Virus record (IMG/VR): IMGVR_UViG_3300013094_000027
Coordinates: 28,019 to 92,018 of that record
Length of the DNA: 64,000 nucleotides
Source: a virus
Strand: one strand, 5' to 3'
Below, one piece after another: positions 20,233 to 30,153 of the stretch. The position numbers and the translations under genes are program-made. Below the pieces are notes generated by a model. It was not told the DNA's origin and made no database searches. It worked only from the letters and a program-made list of their open reading frames with translations. Position 1 is the stretch's first letter, and each line of letters starts with the position of its first letter.

Positions 20233-22491
20233 TTATGATTTAGTTCCTGTAATTTCTACTGTTACATTTTGTACGGTTGTAGCAGATGTAACATAAAATA
20301 AAATAATAGTTCCTGATGATATGGCTGTTGTAGTCCATCCTGAAACAGAAGCATTAGCTGACGAAGCTGATGATAATGTTGGAGCATTACCTGATCCAAC
20401 TAAAGATGTTCCTGAACTATTTCTAACGTCTACTACTATAGATCCTGATAATAAACCCGATGATCCTATAGACACAATATTCCACCCTGTAATTGTCATT
20501 GCATATGGAACAGTTATTGCAACAGCATATCCTGTATTTATAACACCTCCTGATCCTAATAATGATGCACCAAAACCACCAATGGCATTAGATGTATTCA
20601 TGTAAGCAATATCCCAAGCAGATGATGTATTACCAGAAGTGGATAAACAAGTAGCAACAACTTGTGAATTATATGCAATAGATTGTAAAGCAACTCCTGT
20701 ATAGGATTGTAAATAAATAGTTGTACCAGATGTACAATTACTCATTACTAAAAATGATTGCCCTACTGTTAGAGTAGAAGTATCTGGTAATTGTACAATT
20801 TGATTTGTACTACCAGAAAATACTGTAAAATATGGAGAAGCAGATGTTAATAGTGTTGTACCTGAAGTTACTGCTATTTGTTGTATACCTGATATAAAGT
20901 TGTTGGCAAAATGATTTTTGTTAGTGTCCCAGGTAGTTAATGTATTGGCTGCAGGAGTGTAAGAATACCCTAATGCCTGATAAGGAGATGCCGTACTTCC
21001 TGATGTATTAGCAAGCACACTATTGGCTGATATAGGAGTAAGCCCTATAGTACCTGTAGAAGTTATTGGGCCTCCTGTAATACCATTATTAGTGGCAATA
21101 TTAGTAACACCTACATTAAGTGTAGCCCATTGAGGAGTAACACCATTTGATATAAGAGTTTGCCCTGATGTGCCTATAGCAAGATTAGTGAATAAACCTC
21201 CGCTATTATAGTATATATCTCCATTAGCATCTCCACCTAAAGCAAGTCCTATTTTAGGACCAAAATAAGCTCCTGTTGCCCACGTACCTGTATTAATAGT
21301 ACCAACAGTATTTATAGAGGTTTGTCCTACATAACCAGAATCTATTGAAATAACTTTAGTGGTTCCTGAAGTTGTTACATCTATCTGTAAGGTTGTTCCT
21401 GATATAGAGGATATATAATCTGTTCCAGGAGTTGCTGCAACTAATTGACCAGAACCATTTGCTTTTATAAGAGAAGATAAAACAGAATTTTGAGCTAAAT
21501 ATCCATTTACTGTTAATCCTGCTGTTCCCCAGGTAGAAGAAGACGTTCCTGAAATAAAACTATCCCATTGACCGGCAGAAAAAGAGGCTGATTGTAAAAT
21601 TACAGTAGCATATCCTCCAGAAGGAATTGTAATTAATATCCCTCCTCCATATTGTTGTATTACAAGATTTCCTGTAGCGTTATTATTAAAAATATATGTC
21701 GCTCCTACAAGAATAGTAGTTGCATTAGGAAGTACTATAGTAGTGGTTGTAGGAGCACCACTTTGTGCAACCCATATTTGACCACTATAAGAATTTAAAT
21801 TTGTTGTTGATCCTCCGGCAACTCCTGTAATAGTGGGTGCAAATAAATTAGCAGACATTATTCCAGAAAATGAACCACCAGTACCGTATAATTCTCCTGT
21901 AAGTGTTCCTCCTGATAAAGGTAAATAGTTACCTAAAGCTGAAGAATAATTTGGGATATTTAAAACATTACTTATTAAAGTTGAAGGTCCTGTTGTACCA
22001 GATGTAGTAAGTGTCAAAGTACTTCCACTTCCAAAAACATCTGAAAGACCTATTAAATATTGTATAGGTACTTGCATCCATTTACCTAAAGAAGTATATA
22101 TTACAGACGCACCTTGATTAAAATTAGTTAATCCACTACCGAGATCTTGTGATCCTGAAACAGATATTCTATAAACAGAATTTAAAGTACCTGTAGAATT
22201 TGAAAGATGTGGTATATTTAAATTTGCATTCCAATCTCCTAAAAAATTATAAGGACTTGTTCCTAAATATAAACTAACAAGATCTAAAGTATAGAGTATT
22301 GGTTCTGCTTGCCAAGTACCACCTGAAGTATATATTATACTTTGATTTTGTAAATAACTAGTTAAACCAGAACCTAAATCTCTTGAATAAGAGTTTATAA
22401 TATTATAAGTATCTCCTACCGTCCCTACACCATTTATAAGGACAGGATTATTTGCAATAGGGTCCCAATTTCCTTTATAGTTTAAAGACAT
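20233..22491 (-). CDS. Tail fibre protein
   Basis: Duplicated N-terminal G-x-W-[DN] domain, YLPLSGGTLTG motif, S/T/G-rich repeats. Confidence 0.75.
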   Translation of the reverse strand: MSLNYKGNWDPIANNPVLINGVGTVGDTYNIINSYSRDLGSGLTSYLQNQSIIYTSGGTWQAEPILYTLDLVSLYLGTSPYNFLGDWNANLNIPHLSNSTGTLNSVYRISVSGSQDLGSGLTNFNQGASVIYTSLGKWMQVPIQYLIGLSDVFGSGSTLTLTTSGTTGPSTLISNVLNIPNYSSALGNYLPLSGGTLTGELYGTGGSFSGIMSANLFAPTITGVAGGSTTNLNSYSGQIWVAQSGAPTTTTIVLPNATTILVGATYIFNNNATGNLVIQQYGGGILITIPSGGYATVILQSASFSAGQWDSFISGTSSSTWGTAGLTVNGYLAQNSVLSSLIKANGSGQLVAATPGTDYISSISGTTLQIDVTTSGTTKVISIDSGYVGQTSINTVGTINTGTWATGAYFGPKIGLALGGDANGDIYYNSGGLFTNLAIGTSGQTLISNGVTPQWATLNVGVTNIATNNGITGGPITSTGTIGLTPISANSVLANTSGSTASPYQALGYSYTPAANTLTTWDTNKNHFANNFISGIQQIAVTSGTTLLTSASPYFTVFSGSTNQIVQLPDTSTLTVGQSFLVMSNCTSGTTIYLQSYTGVALQSIAYNSQVVATCLSTSGNTSSAWDIAYMNTSNAIGGFGASLLGSGGVINTGYAVAITVPYAMTITGWNIVSIGSSGLLSGSIVVDVRNSSGTSLVGSGNAPTLSSASSANASVSGWTTTAISSGTIILFYVTSATTVQNVTVEITGTKS

Positions 22492-22493
22492 TA

Positions 22494-22832
22494 TTATAAA
22501 TAAATATAAGAAAGATTTGTGCTTCCTGAAACAGAAGTTGTATTATTGTAATTAACTGTTATTCCACTTGAACTTGGTATAGAAGCCGTTACCTCAATAC
22601 CATACTTTTGAGATTGCACAATACTTATCATTGGTTGATAAGACAAAGGTATTGTTGTTACACCTGTAGTACCTGATGCATATACTAAAGAATATAATCC
22701 TATATTTGGTACAAATTGTGCAATGCCATTTAAAGCTGTATTTAAAGATGCTCCTGTAATACTATTTGTTCCATTAGTATTAACATACGCATTTAAATAA
22801 GCAACAACAGCAGATAAGTTAGAAAAAGTCAT
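22494..22832 (-). CDS. Fibre-associated protein
   Basis: NGTNSITGASLNTAL motif resembling N-termini of Bacteroidota phage fibres. Confidence 0.5.
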   Translation of the reverse strand: MTFSNLSAVVAYLNAYVNTNGTNSITGASLNTALNGIAQFVPNIGLYSLVYASGTTGVTTIPLSYQPMISIVQSQKYGIEVTASIPSSSGITVNYNNTTSVSGSTNLSYIYL

Positions 22833-22835
22833 AAG

Positions 22836-23183
22836 TTATTTAAAAAAATCGTTATTAAAATCATTGTTAAAATCTCCCGATAAAGTATATGTGCAAATAG
22901 TAGGTTGTAAACAAACATGCAATTGTATAAAAGGATATGTAGGAATACTATTTGTACCAGATTGTATTTTTATACAATTTTTTGGTTGATATGATAAAGT
23001 ACATTCGTTACAACAGTCACTTTCTTGTTGATATTCCAATAATTTTTTTTGAAACCAAACTATTTCTGGATCTTTTATATTACAGTTAAGTTCAATACCC
23101 CATATTGATTTATAGGCTATTTTTTTAAATGTATTACAAAAACTACTTATAATTTCATCTTTATGTTGTAAAAAATTTACCAC
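22836..23183 (-). CDS. Cys-rich structural protein ending DFNNDFNNDFFK
   Basis: 115 aa, GTG start overlapping the upstream stop codon. Confidence 0.55.
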   Translation of the reverse strand: MVNFLQHKDEIISSFCNTFKKIAYKSIWGIELNCNIKDPEIVWFQKKLLEYQQESDCCNECTLSYQPKNCIKIQSGTNSIPTYPFIQLHVCLQPTICTYTLSGDFNNDFNNDFFK

Positions 23184-23335
23184 TATTGTTTGTTTTGCTG
23201 TTGAATCATTTTTTCTTGTTGAATTTTTGCTTCATATTCTTGAAGACAAGTATTACAACAACGTTGACCATTTGATGCAACCCTTTCTTGACATCCACAA
23301 GAAAGAGGTCTTTGACAATTGTTACATTTTTTCAT
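23183..23335 (-). CDS. 50-aa Cys-rich protein (not in ORF track)
   Basis: MKKCNNCQRPLSCGCQERVASNGQRCCNTCLQEYEAKIQQEKMIQQQNKQ; fills the gap, and its TAG overlaps the next start. Confidence 0.8.
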   Translation of the reverse strand: MKKCNNCQRPLSCGCQERVASNGQRCCNTCLQEYEAKIQQEKMIQQQNKQ

Positions 23336-23357
23336 ATTATTGGTTTTAAATTTAATC

Positions 23358-23753
23358 TTATACTTGTGCTACTAAAAGGTAAATATCTACAGAACCTTGT
23401 GTTGCAGCATTTAAATTTGCAGAAGTAGAAGTTGCTGTAGCATATATTGTTGTTGCAACACTCATACTTTCAATACCTGTGTTTGTAGCAGGTGTTAAAG
23501 TAGCTCCTGTAAAAACGGTTTGTGCTGAAAGATACTTACTATAATTTCCAACAGTACCTATAGAAATAGTATAATTACTAATACTACCTCCTGAAAAAGT
23601 TGTTGTTGGATTTAACAAACAACCCATTATTACAGATCCTGCCGGTAAAGTATATCCTGTACTAACATTATTTGTTAAAGAAGCAGCAGAAAAATTACTA
23701 TACTTTAAAGTAGCTATTTTTTGCCATTGTGGAACTGTAGGTAAATGAGACAT
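23358..23753 (-). CDS. Small beta-rich virion (decoration/cement-like) protein
   Basis: 131 aa; TLPAGSVI motif, S/T/A-rich. Confidence 0.55.
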   Translation of the reverse strand: MSHLPTVPQWQKIATLKYSNFSAASLTNNVSTGYTLPAGSVIMGCLLNPTTTFSGGSISNYTISIGTVGNYSKYLSAQTVFTGATLTPATNTGIESMSVATTIYATATSTSANLNAATQGSVDIYLLVAQV

Positions 23754-23762
23754 ATTTATATT

Positions 23763-24200
23763 TTATAATATCCAATAATTAGAGCCATCACTTTGAAAAC
23801 TATAAGCAGCATAAGTAGTATTTGTTGTTATTGAGCTACTACCATCTATATTTCCACTTACAGTATTTATTATTAAATTATTTGTTCCTGCAATAAGTTT
23901 TATATCAAACATCAAACCTGTTGCAGAAGAAGCTGAAGGTAATGTTATTGTTACAGCACCAGAAGTAGTGTTTACAAGAATAGTTCCATCTGAAAGTTGT
24001 ACATTATAATTACTTGTTTTTGTACTTATATTGTATTCAATAGCTCCTTGAAAATATTGTGTTCCAGTCCAAACATTATTATTTGAAGTTAAAAGATTTA
24101 AATTACCACGTAATTGATTTATGTTAAACACACACCAATTTACTTGATTTCCTAAATCAAGATACCCTACTGCACCTGCTGGTAAAAAATTATTAGGCAT
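23763..24200 (-). CDS. Head/tail fibre-like protein
   Basis: GAVTITLPSA...SDGSNYWIL trimeric fibre tip pattern. Confidence 0.6.
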   Translation of the reverse strand: MPNNFLPAGAVGYLDLGNQVNWCVFNINQLRGNLNLLTSNNNVWTGTQYFQGAIEYNISTKTSNYNVQLSDGTILVNTTSGAVTITLPSASSATGLMFDIKLIAGTNNLIINTVSGNIDGSSSITTNTTYAAYSFQSDGSNYWIL

Positions 24201-24210
24201 TATTTATAAT

Positions 24211-24759
24211 TTAACAAAAGTGACAACCTTGACTTAATTCTTCAACTTTTTTTTGAGCGTATCTATATATTTCAACTCCTTCTTCATATTGATGTTTGTC
24301 TTCAACAAGATGTTTTGCTGTTTCAATATGATTTTCAAGTAATTGCAATTGTCTTAAAACAGTCAATGTTTCATTAGTAGGATCACACGGTTTATTGTTT
24401 ACCCAACAAAGGACTTTATACCATGCGTTTTTAAGTTGTGTAATACGCAATTGTTTGTATTCAACAAATACTTGACTATTTGGACTAACAGAATATCTAT
24501 AGTTATAGATACCATCAGGCAATGTCGGACATGTAAAATTACAGTTACCTACAAATCCTAAATCACATGCATTTAAAAATAATCTAAATCCAGAAGATAG
24601 ATTTGTAAATACTGTAGCAGTACTAAACCCAGGAGGTGTTATTTCCAAAGTATTGCAACTTACAGGAATAAAAGTACTATAGATAGAACTATCTTCTACC
24701 TTTAATATTCCTTCATTAGTTGAATAAGGAAATTCTAAAAATAATTTATGTCGCTCCAC
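24211..24759 (-). CDS. Conserved structural protein (tail hub-like)
   Basis: LEITPPGF and LPDGIYNYRYSVSPN motifs; GTG start. Confidence 0.55.
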   Translation of the reverse strand: MERHKLFLEFPYSTNEGILKVEDSSIYSTFIPVSCNTLEITPPGFSTATVFTNLSSGFRLFLNACDLGFVGNCNFTCPTLPDGIYNYRYSVSPNSQVFVEYKQLRITQLKNAWYKVLCWVNNKPCDPTNETLTVLRQLQLLENHIETAKHLVEDKHQYEEGVEIYRYAQKKVEELSQGCHFC

Positions 24760-24764
24760 AATAA

Positions 24765-24794
24765 AATATATGAAATTTTTTCAACAAAACCAAA
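24765..24794 (-). promoter_or_regulatory. Candidate promoter TTTG-N19-ATATATT
   Basis: Same spacing as 13324-13353; immediately before the 24759 start. Confidence 0.5.
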
Positions 24795-24799
24795 TTAAG

Positions 24800-24838
24800 A
24801 AAAAAAGCCCCAAATCCTTTTGGAATTCAGGGCTCTTT
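24800..24838 (-). terminator. Intrinsic terminator
   Basis: Minus strand agccctgaattccaaaaggatttggggct followed by T7. Confidence 0.75.
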
Positions 24839-24854
24839 TAAGAAAAATTATAAA

Positions 24855-26240
24855 TTAGAAACTTTCTAAGATTACAGTGTTACCTGCAGAAGAAAGTGAG
24901 TTTGCAATAATATTGGTAAAGTTTGTAGTTGATGTTCCTGTTGGTACATAAAATACTGCTTCCCATACACGAGCATTATCAGCAGGTTTAGGATTGAAGT
25001 CATCAGTGTTTAGATAACGAATGTGGATTTCATCATATGCTCCAGAAAGATTCACATTTGCAAGAACCACATCGTCTTCTATTTGACGCATCCTGAACAT
25101 GTCAATTTCATAACCATCAGGGAAGTTTTCCATCAAATACCTACGATATAAAACCCAATCCCTTGCTACAAATTGTCCCAAACCAGATGCTTGTTGAACT
25201 GTTTGAGTTGTAACAACCATGTTTGGTACTGATGTATTAATAGTAGTTGTTACTTGACAAGGATCTGATTGTAAACCATCATCCATACGAAGAGATGCAT
25301 AAATCAAAAGAGCATCTACATAGTAGTAATCTGAAGGAGTGAAAGTACAAGTATTAAATACTGTATCAACATAAGCTGTTTGCAATTGTAAACCAACAGT
25401 GATTGTTGGAATAGTTGTTGCATTTGTACTTGGTACATATGCACCTACTGTTGCAGCACCACTACCAGCAGCTACTGAACCATAAGTTGCACCACCTGCA
25501 ACACCAGGAGCACTAATAGAAACATCATATGCTGAGAATACTTGTGCAACGTTTCCTGTATTATAAGTATAAGTTCCAGAACCTGTAGTACCTGTAGTAG
25601 ATCCATTGATAAATACAGCAGGATAGAACATTGTTGACAAGATAGGATCTTGTTTGATATAATCAGACCATTGCAACATTACTGTTACAGGATCTACCAA
25701 TTGACCTGTACAACCTGATTGACAGTTACCACCGCAACAGCCAGTCCAAGCTTCAGCATCACGATAAACTTCATGACCAAAAACCCTCAATGCTGCTTCA
25801 CCCTTTGCTTCAAGCAACAACCTATAATAAGTACCACACTGGAAAGTAGGTCCTACTAAAGCTGTAGATCCGCTAGTTGTTTGATTCCAACCAACAGAAA
25901 TTACCATCGGTGCAGCAGATACTGCTGATTTTTTCCAAAAACGTTTGATACCACTAATCGGAATACGATGTGTTTTATCAGACATTTTCATACCACCTAT
26001 ACCAGGGGCAATAGCATCTTTAGTATGATACGATCCTTCGACAATTATAATATCACTTGTAGTGCTTTGACCAACACCTACAGAAGAACCTATAATACTA
26101 TTACGAACAGTAAATACACCAAGTTGACCTGGGGTTGTAATTGAAGTAGTACTAGTAAGACCTGAAGAAGCCATTAAAATAGTACCACCTGAAGTTGCAG
26201 GAAGAAATACTTCCCGAAAAGCACGAGTTCCGTAAGACAT
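24855..26240 (-). CDS. Abundant structural protein (auxiliary capsid-like)
   Basis: 461 aa, three conserved genes downstream of MCP, followed by a terminator; S/T/G-rich insertions. Confidence 0.6.
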   Translation of the reverse strand: MSYGTRAFREVFLPATSGGTILMASSGLTSTTSITTPGQLGVFTVRNSIIGSSVGVGQSTTSDIIIVEGSYHTKDAIAPGIGGMKMSDKTHRIPISGIKRFWKKSAVSAAPMVISVGWNQTTSGSTALVGPTFQCGTYYRLLLEAKGEAALRVFGHEVYRDAEAWTGCCGGNCQSGCTGQLVDPVTVMLQWSDYIKQDPILSTMFYPAVFINGSTTGTTGSGTYTYNTGNVAQVFSAYDVSISAPGVAGGATYGSVAAGSGAATVGAYVPSTNATTIPTITVGLQLQTAYVDTVFNTCTFTPSDYYYVDALLIYASLRMDDGLQSDPCQVTTTINTSVPNMVVTTQTVQQASGLGQFVARDWVLYRRYLMENFPDGYEIDMFRMRQIEDDVVLANVNLSGAYDEIHIRYLNTDDFNPKPADNARVWEAVFYVPTGTSTTNFTNIIANSLSSAGNTVILESF

Positions 26241-26258
26241 GTTTATTTAATTTTTAAT

Positions 26259-26960
26259 TTAAGTATTTGTATTTTCGTTTTGTGTTAAACGCTGTTGTGT
26301 ATTTTGCATTTCTAGATCTCCAGAAATGATAGAGGCAGCTTCCTCTACAAGAAGTTCAATAACAGAATCTCTAAATTCACATTCAACGTCTGTTAAAGAT
26401 ATTAAACCTGTTTCAGTATCAGTACAACCTTGAAATTGCACACTTATAGGTTTTCTATAGTAAATTACTTCAGGATCAACTATTTCAAACTGATTGTTTG
26501 TATAAATCCTAACCTTGTTTCCAAAAAAAGTGACTATTGTTTCAGCCCATTCAAAATTTGGATTTTTGTTAGGATCTTTTAAAATTATATCTATATCTGA
26601 TTCTTCAGCTATATAAGTAACTAATTTTCTTGGGGGACAGCAATCATTTTTTGCAAATGCTGAAATTCGTGCAAAAACAATATAATCATTTGGAAAATCA
26701 CAAGATTCATAATATAAACCTTTATTGGTATAAGTGTCTTTCCAAGTAACAAGTAAATTTTGTAAATCAGCTATTACTTGTGAATCAGATTCTCGACCAG
26801 CCCTTTTTTGATTTATTCCATTTATTTGTCTTCTAACAAATTGTCTTTGAGCTTTATTAAAAGCTTCTTGAATTTGCCAACACTGAATGTTATCGTAGTC
26901 TTCACTATCAAGTTTATTCAGTCTTTGTTTGACTTTGAGTTGAAGTAAAGTATTATTCAC
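26259..26960 (-). CDS. Head-tail connector / ring protein
   Basis: RLNKLDS...FNKAQ and YYRKP motifs; conserved crAss-like capsid module position. Confidence 0.65.
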   Translation of the reverse strand: MNNTLLQLKVKQRLNKLDSEDYDNIQCWQIQEAFNKAQRQFVRRQINGINQKRAGRESDSQVIADLQNLLVTWKDTYTNKGLYYESCDFPNDYIVFARISAFAKNDCCPPRKLVTYIAEESDIDIILKDPNKNPNFEWAETIVTFFGNKVRIYTNNQFEIVDPEVIYYRKPISVQFQGCTDTETGLISLTDVECEFRDSVIELLVEEAASIISGDLEMQNTQQRLTQNENTNT

Positions 26961-26971
26961 AATCAGTTATA

Positions 26972-28039
26972 TTAGTTATTCATTTCTTGATCAACTTTCT
27001 TTTGCAGTCTTTTTAAAATATCTGCATTAAGAGGATTTTTAAGATAAGAAGCAACCTCTTCATTTGTACGTCCTACAGGAATAGAATCTTCCATAAAATA
27101 AATAGTTCCTGTACGAGTGGCTTTATCTTCCATTTTATAATCTAAGAAGCGGTATTTAGTTGCGCATTTGATAATTGCATTAATACTCAAATCTTCCATT
27201 GGCATATTACAAAGATCTAAAAACCTTTGAGCAGCCATTCTTTTATTTTTTTCCCAAAGTTCGCCATCAATACCTCTATCCATATTAAGATATACAATAT
27301 CTGCTGGTGTAGACCTTTTGTATTGTGTTGGATCAGGATCAAAATTGCGTGCTACAATAAACAACTTTTCAAGATTTTCATCACGCAAAGCATCCAATTT
27401 AGATTTTGCTTTATTTACTATTTTACGATATTCTGTATTAATAGCAGCAGTATTTTCTAATTTATCTAAATAAAACTTGGGAGGATTCATATAAGGCCAG
27501 TTATAAGCATCTTCTAAAGATGAAGCCACAAGAGCCCTATAACCACCTGCACGAATCGCACGTTCAATTAGAATATCCATTGGATTGTTCATATCTAAAA
27601 ACATTCCTGATTTAGATAATTGCAATGTAAAACCTTGAGGATATTCTTTATCATTACCCCAAAAAGCTATGTTAGTAGGAGCTAGTTCTTTGCATTGTTC
27701 CCAAAAACTTTTGTTCTTAAAAGAAGGGTCTATTTCATCACCTCCAAAAAGCAGATAATGTACATGTGCAACAGTCTCACGAATATCTTTCCTTGCTGCT
27801 TCCCTTTCTTTTTCAGAAAGTTTTAAAATTTCCGGTGCTGTTTCATCTAATCCATTTACTGCTTTAAATGTAGCAGGTGTTGTTAATGTTCCAGGAGTAA
27901 CTTCTTTAATAAAAAGTGTATCTTTTTGTACGGCTTCATCAAAAATAGAAATACCATAATTTTCAAGTCCTGAATTACTAATGTTTGGATTTACAAAACA
28001 TTTAATTGCTACGTTAGAACGTACTTTTTCTTTTAACAT
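26972..28039 (-). CDS. Conserved capsid-module protein downstream of MCP
   Basis: 355 aa; C-terminal YLKNPLN motif; synteny. Confidence 0.6.
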   Translation of the reverse strand: MLKEKVRSNVAIKCFVNPNISNSGLENYGISIFDEAVQKDTLFIKEVTPGTLTTPATFKAVNGLDETAPEILKLSEKEREAARKDIRETVAHVHYLLFGGDEIDPSFKNKSFWEQCKELAPTNIAFWGNDKEYPQGFTLQLSKSGMFLDMNNPMDILIERAIRAGGYRALVASSLEDAYNWPYMNPPKFYLDKLENTAAINTEYRKIVNKAKSKLDALRDENLEKLFIVARNFDPDPTQYKRSTPADIVYLNMDRGIDGELWEKNKRMAAQRFLDLCNMPMEDLSINAIIKCATKYRFLDYKMEDKATRTGTIYFMEDSIPVGRTNEEVASYLKNPLNADILKRLQKKVDQEMNN

Positions 28040-28079
28040 ATTTTATTGGTTTTAAGTAGATATTTAAGAAAATGTGATG

Positions 28080-28307
28080 TTATATTTTATTCACATCATT
28101 TTTTATTTCTTTTGCAACAGATTCTACATTAGAGACATCTGATTTAATAGTACTAATAGTAGAATTGTATGTGTTAGATATTTTTGATTCTGTATTTTCA
28201 ACATCTTCAATATACTCACCGGCAACTGCTTTTGCATGAACATTGCCAAGAATTATGAGTATAATAATAGAAGCTATTAAAATAAAACCTACAATGTATG
28301 CTATCAT
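28080..28307 (-). CDS. Small membrane-anchored protein
   Basis: N-terminal TM helix and amphipathic tail. Confidence 0.6.
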   Translation of the reverse strand: MIAYIVGFILIASIIILIILGNVHAKAVAGEYIEDVENTESKISNTYNSTISTIKSDVSNVESVAKEIKNDVNKI

Positions 28308-28348
28308 AATGTGATTTTTTTTAATTGTGATTGATTTAGTACACTAAT

Positions 28349-28378
28349 AAGATACGATTTATTTCTGAAAATACCTAA
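28349..28378 (-). promoter_or_regulatory. Candidate promoter TTAG-N19-GTATCTT
   Basis: Variant of the recurring late motif upstream of 28307. Confidence 0.45.
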
Positions 28379-28430
28379 TTAGAAAACTATTTATTAAAAT
28401 ATTGTTAATAATCCGATGAATATTTTTGGA

Positions 28431-30116
28431 TTATAAGCTGAACCCGGTGATTGGATTTTTCATAACTATTTTCAACACTTTCGTTGGATCTTTAACCCAA
28501 ATTGCTTTGTGTGGTTGACGCATAAATACTTTATAACCAAAGTCACCACCGTTTGATTGGAAACCAGTAGTACGTCCCATATAGTCCATATTACCGTTTT
28601 CATACCACCAACGCAAGTTGCTATCCCAAGCTTTTTCAAGCAAGAAAATGTTATCGTTAGTATTATCTGTAATATCGAAAATCAAGAATGAATAAGAAGA
28701 AAGATTAAAACCATTGATCTTTGGATTTTCAATATCGTTATTGTTTACATTATCAAATGCAGGGTTCAAAACAAAATTTACATTTGCCAAGAAAGGAATA
28801 ACGAAACCTGTAAATGCATAACCAAAGTTAAGATTCATTGCTTCGATACGACCACCACCAGCAGCATTGCTTGTTACAGCACCAAGCTCGTGAGCATTCA
28901 ATACAAGACCTGAGTTAACTGTTGATTTTTGAATTGCTTCGTTAATCAACTTCATACCACCCATACCTGTTTGTACTATGATCTTACGTTGTGGATCTGG
29001 ACCTTTAAATTCAATTTTACCATTGTAAAAATTGAACAATTCGGCTTTAAACATATCAAGAGTAAAGTTACCAAAATTGTAAATTCTCTTATAGTTATTA
29101 TCAAGTTGTTTCCACAAACCTGTAGAAAGACGAACTGAATCAGCACCATCACGTTGAGAAAGGATACCACCTTTACCCCACATCAATTGATATTCAATAT
29201 CATGAGATATTTGTGCAAGACATTTAGCTTCGATTGAAGTTACAAATGTACGAGACAAACGGCCTTCTTCCATTTGTTTTTTAGCCCAACCTGTACCATT
29301 ACGTTTAATGGCTTCTTGAATATTTGGAATTGAAGGATCAGCACCCCAATCAAGCCATTTCCATATTTCTGTAACCAGTGATTCACCTTTAGCATTCATA
29401 CCACCTTTCATCATCAAATCTAACTTACCGTCAATTTGAAAAGAAGCATGAGCATCTGATTGACCTACATAGTTATAAAATTCACGATAACCACCACGCA
29501 ATTCACCAAGATCATTGTATTGTGTACCATATTCACCAATAGTAGAACCTGCTGAGAATATCTTAGTACCAGGTGTAACATATTGATTATTCAAATAATA
29601 TGTACCATTGGTTGTGGTAGGACCTGTACCAAGTGTAGAACCTGCGTTGTTTACAAGTTTTACTGTGTACAACCAACCTTCACCTTGTTGAATAATAGGT
29701 TCTGAAGTAACGTACATTTCAAGACCGTTGTACTTATCATAAGTGATAAGAGAACCATGACCAAATGCACGTTTGTTTAACAAAATTTGAAATGCCTGAC
29801 CATCAGCACCTTTAGTAGTATTTGAAGGCTGAACATCATACAAAATGTATGGAAGTTCTTGTACAATAGGTAATTGCCATTTGTAACGACCTTGATAGTC
29901 TTCTACTTTCTTTACATTTTTGCCTCCAAAACTAGACATTTGATAAATAGGCATTTCTACCTTTTGTGTCATAGCCCAAAGATCTACAGGACCCATATCA
30001 TCTGGTCCGGCATCTTTCATAAAATTACGAAGGTGAAAAGAATCAATGTTTGATCCATCTAAACGATATTGGGTGTCACGTAAAAACACGCCATTATTCA
30101 AGCTCGGTGTTGCCAT
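28431..30116 (-). CDS. Major capsid protein (crAss-like, HK97 fold)
   Basis: 561 aa; LMWGKGG, GLWKQL, TGMGG and WVKDPTK motifs; order portal-scaffold-MCP. Confidence 0.88.
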   Translation of the reverse strand: MATPSLNNGVFLRDTQYRLDGSNIDSFHLRNFMKDAGPDDMGPVDLWAMTQKVEMPIYQMSSFGGKNVKKVEDYQGRYKWQLPIVQELPYILYDVQPSNTTKGADGQAFQILLNKRAFGHGSLITYDKYNGLEMYVTSEPIIQQGEGWLYTVKLVNNAGSTLGTGPTTTNGTYYLNNQYVTPGTKIFSAGSTIGEYGTQYNDLGELRGGYREFYNYVGQSDAHASFQIDGKLDLMMKGGMNAKGESLVTEIWKWLDWGADPSIPNIQEAIKRNGTGWAKKQMEEGRLSRTFVTSIEAKCLAQISHDIEYQLMWGKGGILSQRDGADSVRLSTGLWKQLDNNYKRIYNFGNFTLDMFKAELFNFYNGKIEFKGPDPQRKIIVQTGMGGMKLINEAIQKSTVNSGLVLNAHELGAVTSNAAGGGRIEAMNLNFGYAFTGFVIPFLANVNFVLNPAFDNVNNNDIENPKINGFNLSSYSFLIFDITDNTNDNIFLLEKAWDSNLRWWYENGNMDYMGRTTGFQSNGGDFGYKVFMRQPHKAIWVKDPTKVLKIVMKNPITGFSL

Positions 30117-30153
30117 ATTTTATTTTTTATTTACTTATTTGTTTATTTAATTA

